DNA of 64,000 nucleotides from Armatimonadota bacterium (GTDB lineage Bacteria; Armatimonadota; Fimbriimonadia; Fimbriimonadales; GBS-DC): NCBI GenBank assembly GCA_037444405.1, contig JBBIML010000011.1, positions 64,001 to 128,000 of the forward strand, read 5' to 3'. Shown piece by piece: positions 61,931 to 64,000 of this stretch (position 1 is its first letter; each line of letters starts with the position of its first letter). The notes under the pieces were generated by a model. It saw only the letters and a program-made list of their open reading frames with translations, ran no database searches and was not told where the DNA came from. The position numbers and the translations under genes were made by a program.

Positions 61931-62869
61931 ATGCCGCAGGTGGCGTCGGTCGGTATCCTCGTTGCCGATGTGGTGGCGTACCCGGTAAGCGCGTATCCAG
62001 AGCGCGGCGTGTGCGTGCATGTGCAGCGCATGGAGCTGCATGTCGGCGGCTGCGCCTCCAACACCGCGCTCGCGCTCGCCAAGCTGGGCATCGATACGGT
62101 GGTGATTGGCAAGGTTGGTGAAGACCCGTTCGGCGATTTTTTGATCCATGAGCTACAGCGGTACGGTGTGCGCACGGAGGGTATACGCCGCACGCGCGAG
62201 GCGGGCACATCCAGCACGATGGTGATGGTGCATCCTGACGGCGAGCGCTCCTTCATTCACTATATGGGCGCGAACGCGCTGTTCAACCCCGACGACATCA
62301 ACTGGAGCCTGGTGCAGGACTGTAGGGTGTTTCACCTGGCGGGGGCGTTCCTGATGCCCGCGATGGATGGCGAACCTGCCGCACAGGTGCTACAAAAAGC
62401 GCGCTCGCTGGGGCTGATTACATGCCTGGACACCACATGGGATGCCACAGGCGGCTGGCTGCGCACGCTTCAGCCATGCCTGCCGCACCTGGACTATATT
62501 GTGCCGAACTATGGCGAAGCGTCGCAGTTAACGGGGGAGACGGAACCCGAACGGATCGCCGACCGACTGCTGGCGGAAGGTGTGGGCACGGTGGTCATCA
62601 AGATGGCGGGCGAGGGCTGCTTCGTCAAGAATCGGGCGACGGCGTTTCATCTGCCTGCCTATCCCGTGCGGCTGGTGGACGCGCTGGGGGCAGGGGACTG
62701 CTTCAGCGCGGGCTTCACCGCAGGGCTGGCGCTGGGATGGGATTTAGAAAGCACGGCACGACTGGCGAACGCCGTCGGCGCACTCTGCGTGACGCAGCTG
62801 GGCGCAACCACGGGCGTGCGCTCCCTGCAGGACACGCTGGCGTTCATGAAGAGCCACACGCCTGCGTAA
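61931..62869 (+). CDS. PfkB-family carbohydrate kinase
   Basis: GGCASN, GEDPFG and DALGAGDCF. Confidence 0.9.
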   Translation: MPQVASVGILVADVVAYPVSAYPERGVCVHVQRMELHVGGCASNTALALAKLGIDTVVIGKVGEDPFGDFLIHELQRYGVRTEGIRRTREAGTSSTMVMVHPDGERSFIHYMGANALFNPDDINWSLVQDCRVFHLAGAFLMPAMDGEPAAQVLQKARSLGLITCLDTTWDATGGWLRTLQPCLPHLDYIVPNYGEASQLTGETEPERIADRLLAEGVGTVVIKMAGEGCFVKNRATAFHLPAYPVRLVDALGAGDCFSAGFTAGLALGWDLESTARLANAVGALCVTQLGATTGVRSLQDTLAFMKSHTPA

Positions 62870-62871
62870 GC

Positions 62872-64000
62872 CTACCGATCGATCTCACCCAGCACGATAT
62901 CGATGCTGCCAATCAGCGCGACCATATCGGCGATCAGGCGACCCACCGCCATCTTCTCCAGCGCCTGCAGGTTCATAAAGCTGGGCGCACGCGTGTGCAT
63001 GCGGTAGGGGCGGTTGGTGCCGTCGCTCACGAAATAGAATCCCAGCTCGCCTTTGGGCGACTCGATAGGCACATAGGCTTCGCCCACAGGCGGACGAAAG
63101 CCCTCCGTGTGAATCTTGAACCAGTGGATGAGCGACTCCATCGAGTTATCGATGGCTTCACGCGGTGGGGGCACGATTTTGGGATCCTCCACCCGATAGG
63201 GTCCTTCGGGTAAGCCGTCGATGGCTTGCTGAAGAATCTTGAGGCTCTCGCGCATCTCCGCCATGCGCACCAGATAGCGGTCGTACACATCGCCGCGCGT
63301 GCCCACAGGGATGTTGAAATCGAACTGCTCATAGCCGCTGTAAGGGTTCGATTTGCGGATGTCCCATGCGAGACCTGTGGCGCGAATGGTGGGTCCGCTG
63401 ACACCCAGCGCGAAGCACTCCTCGGTGGTGATGGCGCCGATGCCCATCGTGCGCTCCCGCCAGGCAGGGTTCTCGGTGAGGATGCCCTCGATATCATCCA
63501 GGGCGTTCGGCAGCTCTTTAATGAGCTGGCGCAGGCGCACATCGAAGCCCGGTGGCATATCGCCGCGCAGCCCGCCCGGGCAAATCCAGCTGGGCATCAT
63601 GCGCACGCCCGACATCATCTCAAATAAATCTAAGATCTTCTCACGCTCGCGGAAGGCATAGAAGAAGATGGTCATCGCGCCCAGGTCCATCGCGTGCGTG
63701 CCAATCCACACCAGATGGCTGGCAAGGCGCGACAGCTCCGCCAGAATCACACGTAGGTACTGCCCGCGCGGCGGGATTTCGATGCCCAGAATCTTCTCGA
63801 TGGAGAGCGAGAAGGCGAGATTGTTATTGTTCGCGGAGAGGTAGTCCATGCGATCGGTCATCGGCAGTGCCTTGTAGTAGGTGAGGTACTCGGCTTCTTT
63901 TTCCATGCCGGTGTGGAGGTAGCCGATAACGCACTCGGCTTTCACGATGCGCTCGCCCTCCAGCTCGCACACCACGCGCAGCACCCCATGCGTGCTGGGA
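62872..64000 (-). CDS. nuoD: NADH-quinone oxidoreductase subunit D (5' end outside the window)
   Basis: PSTHGVLR, IGYLHTGMEK, ESPKGELG and DIVLGEIDR. Confidence 0.95.
   Translation of the reverse strand, partial: PSTHGVLRVVCELEGERIVKAECVIGYLHTGMEKEAEYLTYYKALPMTDRMDYLSANNNNLAFSLSIEKILGIEIPPRGQYLRVILAELSRLASHLVWIGTHAMDLGAMTIFFYAFREREKILDLFEMMSGVRMMPSWICPGGLRGDMPPGFDVRLRQLIKELPNALDDIEGILTENPAWRERTMGIGAITTEECFALGVSGPTIRATGLAWDIRKSNPYSGYEQFDFNIPVGTRGDVYDRYLVRMAEMRESLKILQQAIDGLPEGPYRVEDPKIVPPPREAIDNSMESLIHWFKIHTEGFRPPVGEAYVPIESPKGELGFYFVSDGTNRPYRMHTRAPSFMNLQALEKMAVGRLIADMVALIGSIDIVLGEIDR

Overview
GC-rich bacterial chromosomal window. A TonB-dependent receptor indicates a diderm. Futalosine menaquinone genes, CdaA/CdaR, H-X9-DG prepilin-like proteins and repeated C-terminal dockerin-like tags suggest Armatimonadota; this is an inference, not a database result. 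Most genes are housekeeping: cdaR-cdaA, rnpB, mqnD/mqnA/ubiA-like, thiL, hflX, pgk, rbsK, 6S RNA, pilT, rph, rpoZ, dnaJ, nuoM and partial nuoD. Accessory or unusual parts: (1) a response regulator / TonB receptor / orphan binding protein / long-stalk histidine kinase operon that could be a trans-envelope sensing system; (2) a decayed island holding a sigma fragment, an HExxH fragment, a secreted helical protein and Rhs remnants; (3) two VapBC-type cassettes, one flanked by a perfect 54-bp duplication of the mqnA 3' end; (4) a palindromic repeat family inserted in frame inside proteins; (5) a recurring GCAGGAA(T/G)-N14/15-CGAA promoter-like motif; (6) many apparently leaderless genes; (7) three exported proteins sharing a Cys-bracketed dockerin-like C-terminal tag. 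No CRISPR array, rRNA, tRNA, integrase or transposase was recognised. All calls come from motif reading by eye, and several start codons were re-picked from RBS or -10 context.
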